Sequence record: NC_070999.1
DNA: 64,000 bases
Direction: 5' to 3' (one strand)
Shown here: in pieces, positions 20,257 to 30,343 of the stretch
How positions within the stretch are numbered: the stretch's first letter is position 1
Layout of the letters: every line of letters begins with the position of its first letter
Translations under genes and position numbers: made by a program
The notes under the pieces: model-generated
Database searches by the model: none
The model's input: the letters and a program-made list of their open reading frames with translations, nothing else
What the model was told of the DNA's origin: nothing

Positions 20257-22455
20257 TTATTGGGCGGTCAGACTGGTTTCGTTGTAAGCTTCCAGTACAG
20301 AGTTCATCATATAAACCCCTTTGGAGAACCACAGACGAGTAGTCGTGTACATGACAGATTTACCGTTAGGTTCATCTTCCCGGAAACCTGGATCAACTTC
20401 CCAGTTAACGATGACAGAACCAAACTTCTCACGGATATCTTTCTCAGCAGTATCTTTAACAAAGGCAATGTAGCCTTGTTGACGATACTGAGTGTCACCG
20501 GAGATCTTGATCCAAGTGTCTTGAAGTACCTTCTCTACAGAGACACACTTCCAAACGTTGGCAAGGTCTTTCAGTACAGAGTCAGTGTTATCGTAGACAG
20601 TCGGGAGAGCCGGTCGGCAATACTGAGAAGTGTTCAAAGGAGTTACCGAGATAGCACCTTTGGTGAGGTTGTTAGCAGCTGGGTCATCATCTTCGAACTG
20701 AACCAGTGGATCATGAGCAACACGCAGAGTGCGGTTACCTTCGTGATCTGGCATTCGATCACCGTAGATCTTACCATCGTTACCACCACCTGCGTAAGCA
20801 AATGCGTACATGGTATCGATATTCAAAGAGAAACGACCAAATGTCGGTTCGTCAATGATGCGACAATCCCACATGTTAATCGCTGCGCGACAAGCATGAG
20901 ATTGGAAGGTTTCAGACTCCGGATACATGACAATCTTAGAGTTCAGCGATTCCATAGTGGAATACAGTTGCTCTTGAGATTTCTTCTTCAGATATTCAGT
21001 TGCGCACAGTACAACGATGATATCTTTACGAACACCCAGGAAATCGATCAGCGCTTCTTTAACCGCTTCATTATAACCAACGTCCCACATAAAGGAAGTA
21101 CGGTTACGGATAACATCTTTGACATCCAGAGAACGGCGGTAAGAAACAAAGTAAGCTTCCAGCAGAGATTGGTTCATGTACCAATATTGCTTATGACTTA
21201 CAATAGCCGGGGAACTGGTATTAGCAACCCAAGTGCCATCAACTTCAGTAGTCCAGTCAGCAGGTGCATCCGGGTACTTACCAGTTTTATCGGCATATGG
21301 ATTAATACCACCATTAGCTTGCAGGTAACTATTCAGACCGACCCGTGTACCTTTGAGTTTGGAAGGAACGTCCACCAAACCACCAAAGACGATGTGGTGA
21401 TAGTTCTTACCATAATGGTTAACCAGGCTCAGTGGGTTCATGATCGCGCCTTTGGGAAGTACATCGGTCTTGATCACTGGCGGAGTTTGTTTACCATCAC
21501 CGTATTCAGCCGCGTACAGTTTAGCACAAACATCATTCAGATAGTTGGTATAAACATGTGCAGATTCAAACGGTGCTGCTTTATCTTCTACTGGACGGTT
21601 TACTTGACGACCGGTGAAACGATCCAGACCACCTTGTACTGAATAGCGAACGTTGTTACCACCAACGCTATTGAACAAGGTAATCATGGAATCGGGAGAA
21701 CCGATGGTAGTAGTTGCCGGTACTCGGATCCCACTAGAAAGCAACTCACCGATGTTCATGGTGAACGGATACGCGCCGTAGTTGATTACAAAACGTGCAA
21801 TCTCGTTCCAGTCAGTGCCGAAAGAGTGACCAATAGCTGCATACATCGCGTTGTAACTATCACCGATACCGGAGAGTAGTTCAAACAACGGATAGAACAT
21901 ACCTTTGGTTTCAGCAGGAACTGATTTACCAGCAGGTGCAGTAACTTCGAAACTCTTAACTTCACCTACAGCGGTATCTTGATCGACAAACATAGTTGCC
22001 GGAGAAACAAAGATACCTGGAACAGTAGGAGTGTCTTCATCTACCTTCGGATTACCAGCGATGTCAAGAACATAGTCATCACGGGTATCACGTTCGTAGT
22101 TAGGAACAGCAACACCTTCGAAGAGAACAACCCCGAGAATAGTACGCGCTACTTCGACGTTGTTGGTGAGACGCTTAAAGCTGAAAGAAGCTTGCGCTGC
22201 AGACCCAAGCTTTTGAATAGCCACCGCGATCGGGTTATAGAACGGACCATTAGGATCCATTACATCACCGAACTTCTCTTTGAAGTCAGCGACCGCGACT
22301 GTATCGCGTTTAGTCGGACCCCGAGGGGTGACCATAGCGAAGTCAGGAAAGTGAGCAGGAGAGGCGAAAACGGGGATTGGATTAGTAAGATTTTCTTTGC
22401 TAACAATACCTTCGTTTACCACTTTTCCCGGAATCACTTTATTAAAAGTAGTCAT
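20257..22455 (-). CDS. tail sheath protein (phiKZ gp29-like)
   Basis: 732 aa; sheath-type features (TPRGP, FMWDVGY); divergent from the gp28/27/26/terminase operon as in phiKZ-like phages. Confidence 0.85.
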   Translation of the reverse strand: MTTFNKVIPGKVVNEGIVSKENLTNPIPVFASPAHFPDFAMVTPRGPTKRDTVAVADFKEKFGDVMDPNGPFYNPIAVAIQKLGSAAQASFSFKRLTNNVEVARTILGVVLFEGVAVPNYERDTRDDYVLDIAGNPKVDEDTPTVPGIFVSPATMFVDQDTAVGEVKSFEVTAPAGKSVPAETKGMFYPLFELLSGIGDSYNAMYAAIGHSFGTDWNEIARFVINYGAYPFTMNIGELLSSGIRVPATTTIGSPDSMITLFNSVGGNNVRYSVQGGLDRFTGRQVNRPVEDKAAPFESAHVYTNYLNDVCAKLYAAEYGDGKQTPPVIKTDVLPKGAIMNPLSLVNHYGKNYHHIVFGGLVDVPSKLKGTRVGLNSYLQANGGINPYADKTGKYPDAPADWTTEVDGTWVANTSSPAIVSHKQYWYMNQSLLEAYFVSYRRSLDVKDVIRNRTSFMWDVGYNEAVKEALIDFLGVRKDIIVVLCATEYLKKKSQEQLYSTMESLNSKIVMYPESETFQSHACRAAINMWDCRIIDEPTFGRFSLNIDTMYAFAYAGGGNDGKIYGDRMPDHEGNRTLRVAHDPLVQFEDDDPAANNLTKGAISVTPLNTSQYCRPALPTVYDNTDSVLKDLANVWKCVSVEKVLQDTWIKISGDTQYRQQGYIAFVKDTAEKDIREKFGSVIVNWEVDPGFREDEPNGKSVMYTTTRLWFSKGVYMMNSVLEAYNETSLTAQ

Positions 22456-22477
22456 ACTCGACTCCGAAATTATGTTG

Positions 22478-22499
22478 GATTTTTTTGATCAAAAAAATC
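22478..22499. promoter_or_regulatory. perfect 22-bp A/T-tract palindrome in the divergent late promoter region
   Basis: GATTTTTTTGA-TCAAAAAAATC. Confidence 0.55.
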
Positions 22500-22569
22500 A
22501 ATCGTATGACCTTACGGCCACTAGATGGTTTAACGTTAATACGCATAACATTATTTTGGGACTAGACCT

Positions 22570-23445
22570 ATGATTATAAATGGTTACGACACCACAGTCG
22601 GTAGTCGTTTTAAAGTAAAAGACAAAGCAACTGAAACCATTCGGATGCTCCAAAGTAGTGATAAATTGGAGTTGGTGGATCAACGTGGGGTTTACGCAAT
22701 CTCTCACAAAAATGATTACAATCTCCCTCCTTTTATCTTCCCTATTTCTACGCAAAACTACATGCGTGAAAAGGTAACTATTTTTGATCAACGTCCATAC
22801 ATTAATAAGGAAGGTAGAAACGTTAATCTTCCCGAATATAATGTCATGTTGTTGGCTGCTTGTTTGCAACAAGATCTGCAAAACAATCAAACTACTTTGA
22901 TCAAATCTGTTCGCCCATTTACTATCAAAGCATTCGCTAATGCAATGGGACGTAAACTAGAACGTATGGTAATGTTGGACATGAATCAATCTATGGTGGT
23001 TCGTGTCATCTTGGCTTATTATTATGTTTGTCTTCTGGAAAATAGTCGAGATGACTTTGCGTTCGTAGCCCAGAACAGCATTCATGGTGCGCTGCGTTTT
23101 CCTATTCCTTTTATCCAAGAGACAATCAAAGATTTGGGTTTTGTTAACACTCTCCCAGAATTACTGAAAGCTTTGACCACTCATCCTGCTTTGCAATCAC
23201 TTTCTCGTTTAGATCTTCCAGGTCTGGTGCAAGCTGGCACTACTATCTTCTTTTCTACCTCTGGGTTTAAACAACTCATGGGCGCGGCTCTAGAGATGCC
23301 AGCACTGTTCACTGCTCTGTGCTGGGGCGCTGCTACTCAGCGTATTTACCAAAACACTATGATTGGTGAAGAGTTGAACGTAAAGCAAGACAAACGTGTA
23401 GAGACCTTCATTAGTACTGTTGGATATTATTTTAAATCAGCCTAA
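22570..23445 (+). CDS. virion structural protein (phiKZ gp28-like by synteny)
   Basis: 291-aa ORF, first gene of the operon divergent from the sheath. Confidence 0.65.
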   Translation: MIINGYDTTVGSRFKVKDKATETIRMLQSSDKLELVDQRGVYAISHKNDYNLPPFIFPISTQNYMREKVTIFDQRPYINKEGRNVNLPEYNVMLLAACLQQDLQNNQTTLIKSVRPFTIKAFANAMGRKLERMVMLDMNQSMVVRVILAYYYVCLLENSRDDFAFVAQNSIHGALRFPIPFIQETIKDLGFVNTLPELLKALTTHPALQSLSRLDLPGLVQAGTTIFFSTSGFKQLMGAALEMPALFTALCWGAATQRIYQNTMIGEELNVKQDKRVETFISTVGYYFKSA

Positions 23446-23461
23446 TCAACTGGGGTAATCC

Positions 23462-26278
23462 ATGACAGCTTATGTTGCTTCGCACACCCAGGAGAATAAT
23501 CCACTTGTCGATTATGCATTTAACACGATGTGGGGTAATCCAGAACTGGATTCTCAATATCAACTTAAGCTTGCTCGGGTTTCTCCAGCGCTTGGTTATG
23601 TGAATAACTTCTTCTACATGGGGAAGTCGTTTACACTACCAAGTGAAGGTGTGTTTTATCATATCTTTTCAATGGGTGGTTTAGACCTCGACTACTGGAA
23701 TATGGGTAGTCGAGGCAATCACTGGTATCCGTTTAATACTTGGGTGAAAGCTTCCACCATCTCTCATGATCGTGGTGTTGGGTTGGATGTTTATAATAGT
23801 AAAGGTAGAATCTTTCCAAGAACTCATACCTATATTTTAAACACCTTTGAGGGGAACACTTTTGTAGCATTCCCTATTAATGGTAATTATCCAATTCCTG
23901 TTAGTAGTAACATGTATATTCGTTGTTACACGACAGATATCAACACTGCGATCATTCCAAGTGATCAACAAGTCAAATGGCGATTTGGTTATTCTGGAGT
24001 AGAGTTTGTAACTGGCTCTGATTTAACCAATTTGAAGAATCATTACAACGCTTACTTAGCTTATGGTATTGGGAAAGTCACTTTCTTTGTAAATGGTGTT
24101 ATTACTGATATTAGTAAGTATGTTGGTCGTATTGGTGATTTGTTAGAAGTTTACTACGATCCAACTATCAAAATGGAAGTAAAGTACCAATACGGTAGTT
24201 TGAATGACTATTACTCTGAGAAAGACAGTAAACGAAAACTATTGATTTTCCCAGGGTTTACTGATAAACCTCGTAAATACCATTACTTTGATGATTGTGA
24301 GTTCTTCGTAGTTAATCGGTTAACTGGGGAAGGATTGTATTATCATCGTAATAGTCAGGATGCTATTAGGCAATTAACTCATCAGGATTATGGGTTAACT
24401 TCTGACTATGTAAGTTTCTTGATTAGTGAACTTATTGGGTTGAGTAAAGGTAAAGCAACTGAGAAAGATTTCGATGTTGTAGTTCGTTACAGAGATACCA
24501 AGTGGCAATTTAATTTAGGTCCTAATACCAGTCGTATTAATGATCTTTACTTACTGGAAGATCCTGCTGTAATTCTTCAAGCAATGATTGGTCCACACGC
24601 TACTGTAAAAGAGTGGACACCTAGTGAACTGGAGAAAGCTCCTTGTAACTATGTACTCAACTCTATTGCACCAAAGATTACCACTGAACGTGTAAGAGAT
24701 GCTTTAGGTTACAATGGTTGTTCTACAGCCCTGTCTGATACACCTCTATATATGCCGTTCATTACCCCTGGTGATCCAGCCTTTGAAGATATCTTCCCAA
24801 CCCCGCCTTACACTTCTGGGTTAGGATATCGCATTCCTGCTAGTTATGTTGAATCATCCACAGCTTATGAATATAACAAAGATGGATTATATATCCGTAA
24901 GAGTTCTATTCGTAATAGTGAATGGTTTAAACCAGGTCAAGATACCCACTATGTAGAGTTTGTAGTGGGTCAAGCAAGTACTTGGTTAGACTATGAAATT
25001 AGCAGAGTAGATGTCCAAGCTAGGCCAGGTTATGGTTTCAGGGTATTTAAAGCAGGTTGGATTATAGATGAGAATCCAGATCCTACTACTGACACTAGCT
25101 TGTTTGCTAATGAAGTAGCTATTACTTCTGATGGTAATGACATCTATCCTACTCCCACTGAACTGAGTATTGGTGGCGATTTAACATTAGCTAATCCTGT
25201 TGGACCTGTGACTACGGGTAGACCAGATGGTAAGTGGGCCGATATTACTGATAGTGATGAATACCAAGTTATCGACGGCGTTATTAAATGGAAGTTTGAT
25301 ACTAATAACCACGTTGGATTAGTTATCTTTGATACCATTCATTTGTATAACGAATTTGATTTAACACATGTTGATAATTCCATTTACTTTGGTATTACAC
25401 ACCAGTGGGAAATTGGTGGTGTTCTAGCTACCATGGAACCTGGTCAACTTGATGTCTGGTGTAATGGACATCCGTTGATTGAGAACGTGGACTATAAGGT
25501 TGAATATCCTTATGTTTACATTATCTCTAAGATGTGGTTAGATCAATCTGGTACAAACAAGTTTGCTTATCGTGGACGAGGACTCAGCGCAGGCGGTTTG
25601 ATTCCATCTAGCGAGCTGGGATTTGTAATGGATGGGGTGATTGGTTACAATGGTCGATATAACCTTCGGATTGATCGCCCTACAAAGACTATTATTAACG
25701 GTAGACTTTGGATTACCTCTGCGATTGATCAAGCTGAAGATATTCATCACGGAACTAATGCAGCCGTATTGAACGGATTCCCTTATGAAGTAAAGCACAT
25801 TTACTGTGATAACAAGTTTGTTGAACAGTGTGATTTACATTGGGGATTTAAAGAATCCAGAGAGCTTGATAAGAAAGTTAGTGACTACTTGACAGAACAC
25901 GTTAAGTACAAAGCTAAAGCTCCTGTTAATTATCCGTATCTTCAGGAAGATCGCTATAGACTCTTTAGTCCATTCTTAAGTCAGATTATAAATGAATTGA
26001 TCTTAGGTTTCTTACCGACTCCCACACCCAGCGATACTCCGATTAAATATCCGGATAGTGTAATCGATAATTTAACTCGCCCTTATCAATGGTTGTTGAA
26101 GTTTGATCCAATTAAACTTAACGTGGATTTGAGATTCTTCTCAGTTCATCCTTACAGTAATCTTACTCGTCCAACTGTTACTCCTAATCAATTAACAATA
26201 ATCTCTCGGGTTAACGATTTGTATCTCGACGGTAAATTGAAGATTGAAGGTTTCTTTGAGGTGTCATCCAATGTTTGA
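23462..26278 (+). CDS. virion/baseplate structural protein (phiKZ gp27-like by synteny)
   Basis: 938 aa; position between the gp28- and gp26-like genes. Confidence 0.65.
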   Translation: MTAYVASHTQENNPLVDYAFNTMWGNPELDSQYQLKLARVSPALGYVNNFFYMGKSFTLPSEGVFYHIFSMGGLDLDYWNMGSRGNHWYPFNTWVKASTISHDRGVGLDVYNSKGRIFPRTHTYILNTFEGNTFVAFPINGNYPIPVSSNMYIRCYTTDINTAIIPSDQQVKWRFGYSGVEFVTGSDLTNLKNHYNAYLAYGIGKVTFFVNGVITDISKYVGRIGDLLEVYYDPTIKMEVKYQYGSLNDYYSEKDSKRKLLIFPGFTDKPRKYHYFDDCEFFVVNRLTGEGLYYHRNSQDAIRQLTHQDYGLTSDYVSFLISELIGLSKGKATEKDFDVVVRYRDTKWQFNLGPNTSRINDLYLLEDPAVILQAMIGPHATVKEWTPSELEKAPCNYVLNSIAPKITTERVRDALGYNGCSTALSDTPLYMPFITPGDPAFEDIFPTPPYTSGLGYRIPASYVESSTAYEYNKDGLYIRKSSIRNSEWFKPGQDTHYVEFVVGQASTWLDYEISRVDVQARPGYGFRVFKAGWIIDENPDPTTDTSLFANEVAITSDGNDIYPTPTELSIGGDLTLANPVGPVTTGRPDGKWADITDSDEYQVIDGVIKWKFDTNNHVGLVIFDTIHLYNEFDLTHVDNSIYFGITHQWEIGGVLATMEPGQLDVWCNGHPLIENVDYKVEYPYVYIISKMWLDQSGTNKFAYRGRGLSAGGLIPSSELGFVMDGVIGYNGRYNLRIDRPTKTIINGRLWITSAIDQAEDIHHGTNAAVLNGFPYEVKHIYCDNKFVEQCDLHWGFKESRELDKKVSDYLTEHVKYKAKAPVNYPYLQEDRYRLFSPFLSQIINELILGFLPTPTPSDTPIKYPDSVIDNLTRPYQWLLKFDPIKLNVDLRFFSVHPYSNLTRPTVTPNQLTIISRVNDLYLDGKLKIEGFFEVSSNV

Positions 26279-27998
26279 TGGAAAACCGGTAACGCCTGAC
26301 ACAAAAGGAGTGTTCCCTGGGAACACTCCTAGTCGTCCTAATGGGGACGAACTAAAACGTGTTTGGTATATTGAACAGATTTATGATCCTGATGTTCACC
26401 CTGTTGAGGATATGACTAAGTACGTTGTTCCTTATGAAGGTGAAATAGTAATTGATCGTCCTGCTCACAAGTTTTACGAAGTTTCTCATGTAGATCGTTA
26501 CGGGACTTGGAAAAGTACCTTTGTGTCTTGGTATCCAATTCCAGAAACTAATGAGAATGATTACTCCTTGTTTCCGAAGCACGAATATGGTTTCCTACAG
26601 GGTGAATTAGCGCTCTGCATCGATTACAGTGTTCGCCCTCCGGTAGCTAGGGTGGATGCTAATGCCACTGCTCCAGATGCCGCTTACGCGTTGTTGTACG
26701 AAGGTTCCGCTGGTAAGATTATCTCTGCTAGATATTCAGGCTCTGATCTGGTAGATAATCAAATCTCTGTTTCTCCTATTGTTATTGACAACTTGGAGAA
26801 TAAGACCATCATGGGTGCTGATAGTTTCTCAGTACAACTGAATGAAGCTGCTATGCCCAATGGTAAACGTTGTACTTTGGTTTATTACGATGTGGGAGGT
26901 AACGTAATTCCACCCACTTATTCAGTAGCGGTACAACACAGCGCTTACCTGAAAGATCATCAGCTGGGTCAACGTTACGTTAAATCAATTGAACTGGTTT
27001 CACCTTGGTTTACCAACTCCACTCTTCCTAATACCTTGTTTATTCCAATTAACCTGGCATTGAAGGTAGTTGAGTTTAGGGCTAAAGTTCATTACTCTGA
27101 TGGTAGTTATGAAGAACATCCGGTAAATAGTTTTAATGGTGAATCTGGATTTACCTTGTCAGGGTTGGAACAATACAAACCAACTACCCCTGGTCAATCC
27201 ACTAACGCGCTGGTATTGTCTTATGCTTACAAAAATAATGAGCAAGCTTATATCGCGCAGCCCGGTTCTCCCAAACATACGTCAAACCGTTATACGATTG
27301 TTGCGACGACTGCTCAAGGCAGTTACAGTCCTCGTATTTACAGTTACCCTTATTGGGATCCTGCTGCTGGGTGGAAGCTTCGTCATTGGCTTACTGATCT
27401 GGATCGGCGGTATTGTAGAGATGTTACACAACTGGTCACTTTGAATGAAGCTAGTCCTGCATTCGATGGTCGTAAATATGGTGAAGAACAGAACCTTATT
27501 TTCAACCTGAATATGCGTGATGTTTCTGCCAGTTATGAACCTTGGTCGTTTGTCCAACACACTACTATTACATTGTACTCTGATGGTACGGTAGATGGTC
27601 GTAAATGGGATGTTCGACACTCTTATGGTAAACCTGCTTTCAGTGCTTTGTCTGTTGAGTATATTGAACAAGTAGGTGGAACTCAAACTGCTAAGTTTGC
27701 TGGGATGACTTCTTTGGAAGACTTCTTGAACAAAGCGTACTATGGGTTTGATCCAATCTATGATCCACGGACTGAAAGCAGAGCTCTTGTTCCAACACAC
27801 TTTGACTTGGTGAAGAATAACAACACTGCTAGAACAGGGATTCCTATCGGGGAGTTTAACAACATTCCTGTGGGTGACTTGTCATTTAGTAATGGCGAAG
27901 GTGTATATCTTCGTTGGACTCGTCGGGAAGCTTCTGGTAACGAATTGCAACTTGGTGTATCCGCTGGCGTCTGTAAGAAAGTAGTTGTTTACTCTTAA
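26271..27998 (+). CDS. virion/baseplate structural protein (phiKZ gp26-like by synteny)
   Basis: Likely start ATG 26271 after a GAGGTG SD; the ORF track starts at 26244. Confidence 0.65.
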   Translation: MFDGKPVTPDTKGVFPGNTPSRPNGDELKRVWYIEQIYDPDVHPVEDMTKYVVPYEGEIVIDRPAHKFYEVSHVDRYGTWKSTFVSWYPIPETNENDYSLFPKHEYGFLQGELALCIDYSVRPPVARVDANATAPDAAYALLYEGSAGKIISARYSGSDLVDNQISVSPIVIDNLENKTIMGADSFSVQLNEAAMPNGKRCTLVYYDVGGNVIPPTYSVAVQHSAYLKDHQLGQRYVKSIELVSPWFTNSTLPNTLFIPINLALKVVEFRAKVHYSDGSYEEHPVNSFNGESGFTLSGLEQYKPTTPGQSTNALVLSYAYKNNEQAYIAQPGSPKHTSNRYTIVATTAQGSYSPRIYSYPYWDPAAGWKLRHWLTDLDRRYCRDVTQLVTLNEASPAFDGRKYGEEQNLIFNLNMRDVSASYEPWSFVQHTTITLYSDGTVDGRKWDVRHSYGKPAFSALSVEYIEQVGGTQTAKFAGMTSLEDFLNKAYYGFDPIYDPRTESRALVPTHFDLVKNNNTARTGIPIGEFNNIPVGDLSFSNGEGVYLRWTRREASGNELQLGVSAGVCKKVVVYS

Positions 27999-28008
27999 TT
28001 CATAATAA

Positions 28009-28040
28009 GCTAACTCTAGACCGTGAGGTCTAGAGTTAGC
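28009..28040. terminator. bidirectional terminator
   Basis: GCTAACTCTAGACC-GTGA-GGTCTAGAGTTAGC between convergent genes. Confidence 0.85.
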
Positions 28041-28051
28041 AATATGTTTGT

Positions 28052-29119
28052 TTATTCTGGAATGTGTGCTAAAGCTTCCATTGCTTCTTGATTAACACGT
28101 TTACTCTGTTCGGTCTGACCTTCACCAGTTACAAGGACTTGTATCTTAGTGATTTTATTGTTAATACTTAATGCAATCTTTGAGTATTTTGCTTTAAGCT
28201 GTGTCATAGATTGTATAAAATTAAAAATCACTAAACGATCTGTTGCGATCGCTGTCTTTGTCAGATCTGTCTTGGATTGATCCGCTCTCGACTGTTCATT
28301 GATTTTCTCAAGAAGATTGTTAAGAACACCGATACAATCACCAGCTGAAACATTAATCTTATTTAGCGTAAACAAAACGTTCTTGGCTGTTTTGAGATTA
28401 TCTACAACAAATTCAAAAGTATCCTTATCGTTACTTATTTTTAATTCTTCATAATGATCTCTAATATCTATAAATTCAGAACTTGCACCTAGATGCTTCA
28501 TTCCATAGTCTTCTGCAATTTTATCGATATACTTAATCGCTTCTTTAAATTTAGTTTTATCGCAAATTAGAAGTTCGTTGATTTTGACCTTTACACTTCC
28601 GTTCCATTCTTCTTTTTCATCAAAACGGTAGCTTTGTGTGCCATTTCCTTTACTAGCAAGTTTTTCAATTTTCTTTTCAGCGACAACTTTATCAACACCG
28701 GAAACTTTAATCTGATTGAATGTATTCTTAATACTTTCAATAGTCCCTTCTATTTCTCGCTTGGTAGTATCATTAATGTCTGTTTTATTGAGATTAAGCT
28801 CGATGTTCTTGATAGCTTTTTCAGTTTCTGGAATAGTGTTTGATACAGCTTGATCTACTTTCTTACCAAACATTCCCTTAAAGAAATCTCTGATAGCTTT
28901 AATAAAGTTCTTAATCATTTCATAAACTTTTTGAGCACCTGCTTTCACAGTACTCATGAAACTTTCAGTTCCAGCCCGGTGTTTAAAATCAACCCCATTT
29001 AGTTTAAGAACTGTTTTAGCATAAACAGAGTCTGGTGATTCCAGGTCACCATTAGAAAGAGATTCAAAACCAGTTAAAGTTGTGTATATATGTTCAAGAT
29101 TATCAATATTAACATTCAT
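28052..29119 (-). CDS. putative internal head protein with protease-cleaved propeptide
   Basis: N-terminal GFES, DLES and GTES sites (S/A/G-x-E cleavage-type) followed by an amphipathic helix, as in phiKZ-like head paralogs. Confidence 0.55.
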   Translation of the reverse strand: MNVNIDNLEHIYTTLTGFESLSNGDLESPDSVYAKTVLKLNGVDFKHRAGTESFMSTVKAGAQKVYEMIKNFIKAIRDFFKGMFGKKVDQAVSNTIPETEKAIKNIELNLNKTDINDTTKREIEGTIESIKNTFNQIKVSGVDKVVAEKKIEKLASKGNGTQSYRFDEKEEWNGSVKVKINELLICDKTKFKEAIKYIDKIAEDYGMKHLGASSEFIDIRDHYEELKISNDKDTFEFVVDNLKTAKNVLFTLNKINVSAGDCIGVLNNLLEKINEQSRADQSKTDLTKTAIATDRLVIFNFIQSMTQLKAKYSKIALSINNKITKIQVLVTGEGQTEQSKRVNQEAMEALAHIPE

Positions 29120-29168
29120 TTATTTTATTCCTTTAGTTAAACTAATTAAATACAAAATATTTAAGATC

Positions 29169-29201
29169 CATAGATTTTCAGACCTATATTACTGTAGTGT
29201 A
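29169..29201 (+). promoter_or_regulatory. putative early promoter
   Basis: CATAGATTTTCAGACCTATATTACTGTAGTGTA. Confidence 0.75.
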
Positions 29202-29259
29202 TAAACATAGAAGATAATTCTTAATCTTCTTTAACTCCTAAGTATAGAGGGAATGTAAA

Positions 29260-30204
29260 ATGAACAAACAAGTTAAAATCGAAGTTCCGGCTAACGTAAC
29301 TGGTATGGAAGTTTGGAAAGCTTTTGAAGCTAAAGGCAAACCGGTTCTTCAGATCAGTGAAGCTGAATGGCAACAAGCCAGCGGCGCTACAGATTACTAT
29401 GACCACTGGAGTGAAATCTCTACCCAAGGTCACAAGGTAGCTTTGAGTATTGATGATCACGGTCGCCACGTTATCATGATAAAAGGTGAAGGATTTATCT
29501 TTCAACGTTATTCTGATAGCAGTACTACCTGGGCCCTTAACGGAATCCAGAAGTTACACGATAATGTCGGTCATTCAGCTATTGAACTGGATGGCTGGAA
29601 GTACATTTGTGAGCGGTTCAAAGTTCAACCTGTCGTTGAATGCGAACCAGCCATTGTAGATCAAGGTGAGGAGAAAGAAATGGCTCCTAAAGATAAAGTG
29701 ATTAAGATCACTGTTACCAACGAACAAGCACAATCTGAAGCTAACCAAATTAAGGAAGAACCTAAAATGACTCAAACTACTTCTGCTCTGAACCTGAACT
29801 CTGACATGAACAACGCAGCTCCTGCTGTATCCACCGATACTTCTAACCTGGGTATCAGTACCACTACTGGCGTACTGGTGGCCGCTGGTGCAGCACTGGG
29901 TACCTGTCTGGGTATTCAGTATGCTGAAAACCGTTTTGATCTGACTTCCAATGTGATCACTGGCGCAGCTGTTACTCTGGCTGCTGCTGCATCTTTCGGT
30001 GCAGCTAAAGTTGGCCTGAATGAGAAACTTGGTACTTATACCGGCATCGCTTCTCACGCAGCTATGGGTGCTCTGGTTGGTGGTTTGACAGCTCACAGTT
30101 TGAAGTTTGGTGCTGACAAGTATCTTCCTTCCTTGGAACTGCAAGACGATGCTACTGAGCTGGCTCTGATCGAAGGAACTGAACTTCCGGTACTGGAAGC
30201 GTAA
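29260..30204 (+). CDS. hypothetical protein with C-terminal glycine/alanine-zipper membrane segments
   Basis: Three hydrophobic GxxxG/A-rich helices in the C-terminal half. Confidence 0.7.
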   Translation: MNKQVKIEVPANVTGMEVWKAFEAKGKPVLQISEAEWQQASGATDYYDHWSEISTQGHKVALSIDDHGRHVIMIKGEGFIFQRYSDSSTTWALNGIQKLHDNVGHSAIELDGWKYICERFKVQPVVECEPAIVDQGEEKEMAPKDKVIKITVTNEQAQSEANQIKEEPKMTQTTSALNLNSDMNNAAPAVSTDTSNLGISTTTGVLVAAGAALGTCLGIQYAENRFDLTSNVITGAAVTLAAAASFGAAKVGLNEKLGTYTGIASHAAMGALVGGLTAHSLKFGADKYLPSLELQDDATELALIEGTELPVLEA

Positions 30205-30211
30205 CTAGATT

Positions 30212-30241
30212 ACCCTCTACTCCCAATTGGGAGTAGAGGGT
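30212..30241 (+). terminator. terminator, perfect 30-bp palindrome
   Basis: ACCCTCTACTCCCAA-TTGGGAGTAGAGGGT plus T-rich tail. Confidence 0.8.
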
Positions 30242-30343
30242 TCTAATATATTATTTATTTATTTTTCTTTAAAACTTCATAGTAGATGCTATGGAAACCA
30301 AGACACTCTGGTGAAGTAATATATTCTAAACTAGGATTTACCA

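Noticed and set aside
20260-21642. 460-aa plus-strand ORF antisense to the tail sheath
   Set aside because: A shadow ORF produced by the strong codon bias of the highly expressed sheath gene; no SD and no recognisable motifs.
29575-30144. 189-aa minus-strand ORF
   Set aside because: Antisense to the codon-biased 29260-30204 gene; Ser/Cys/Gln-rich shadow translation.
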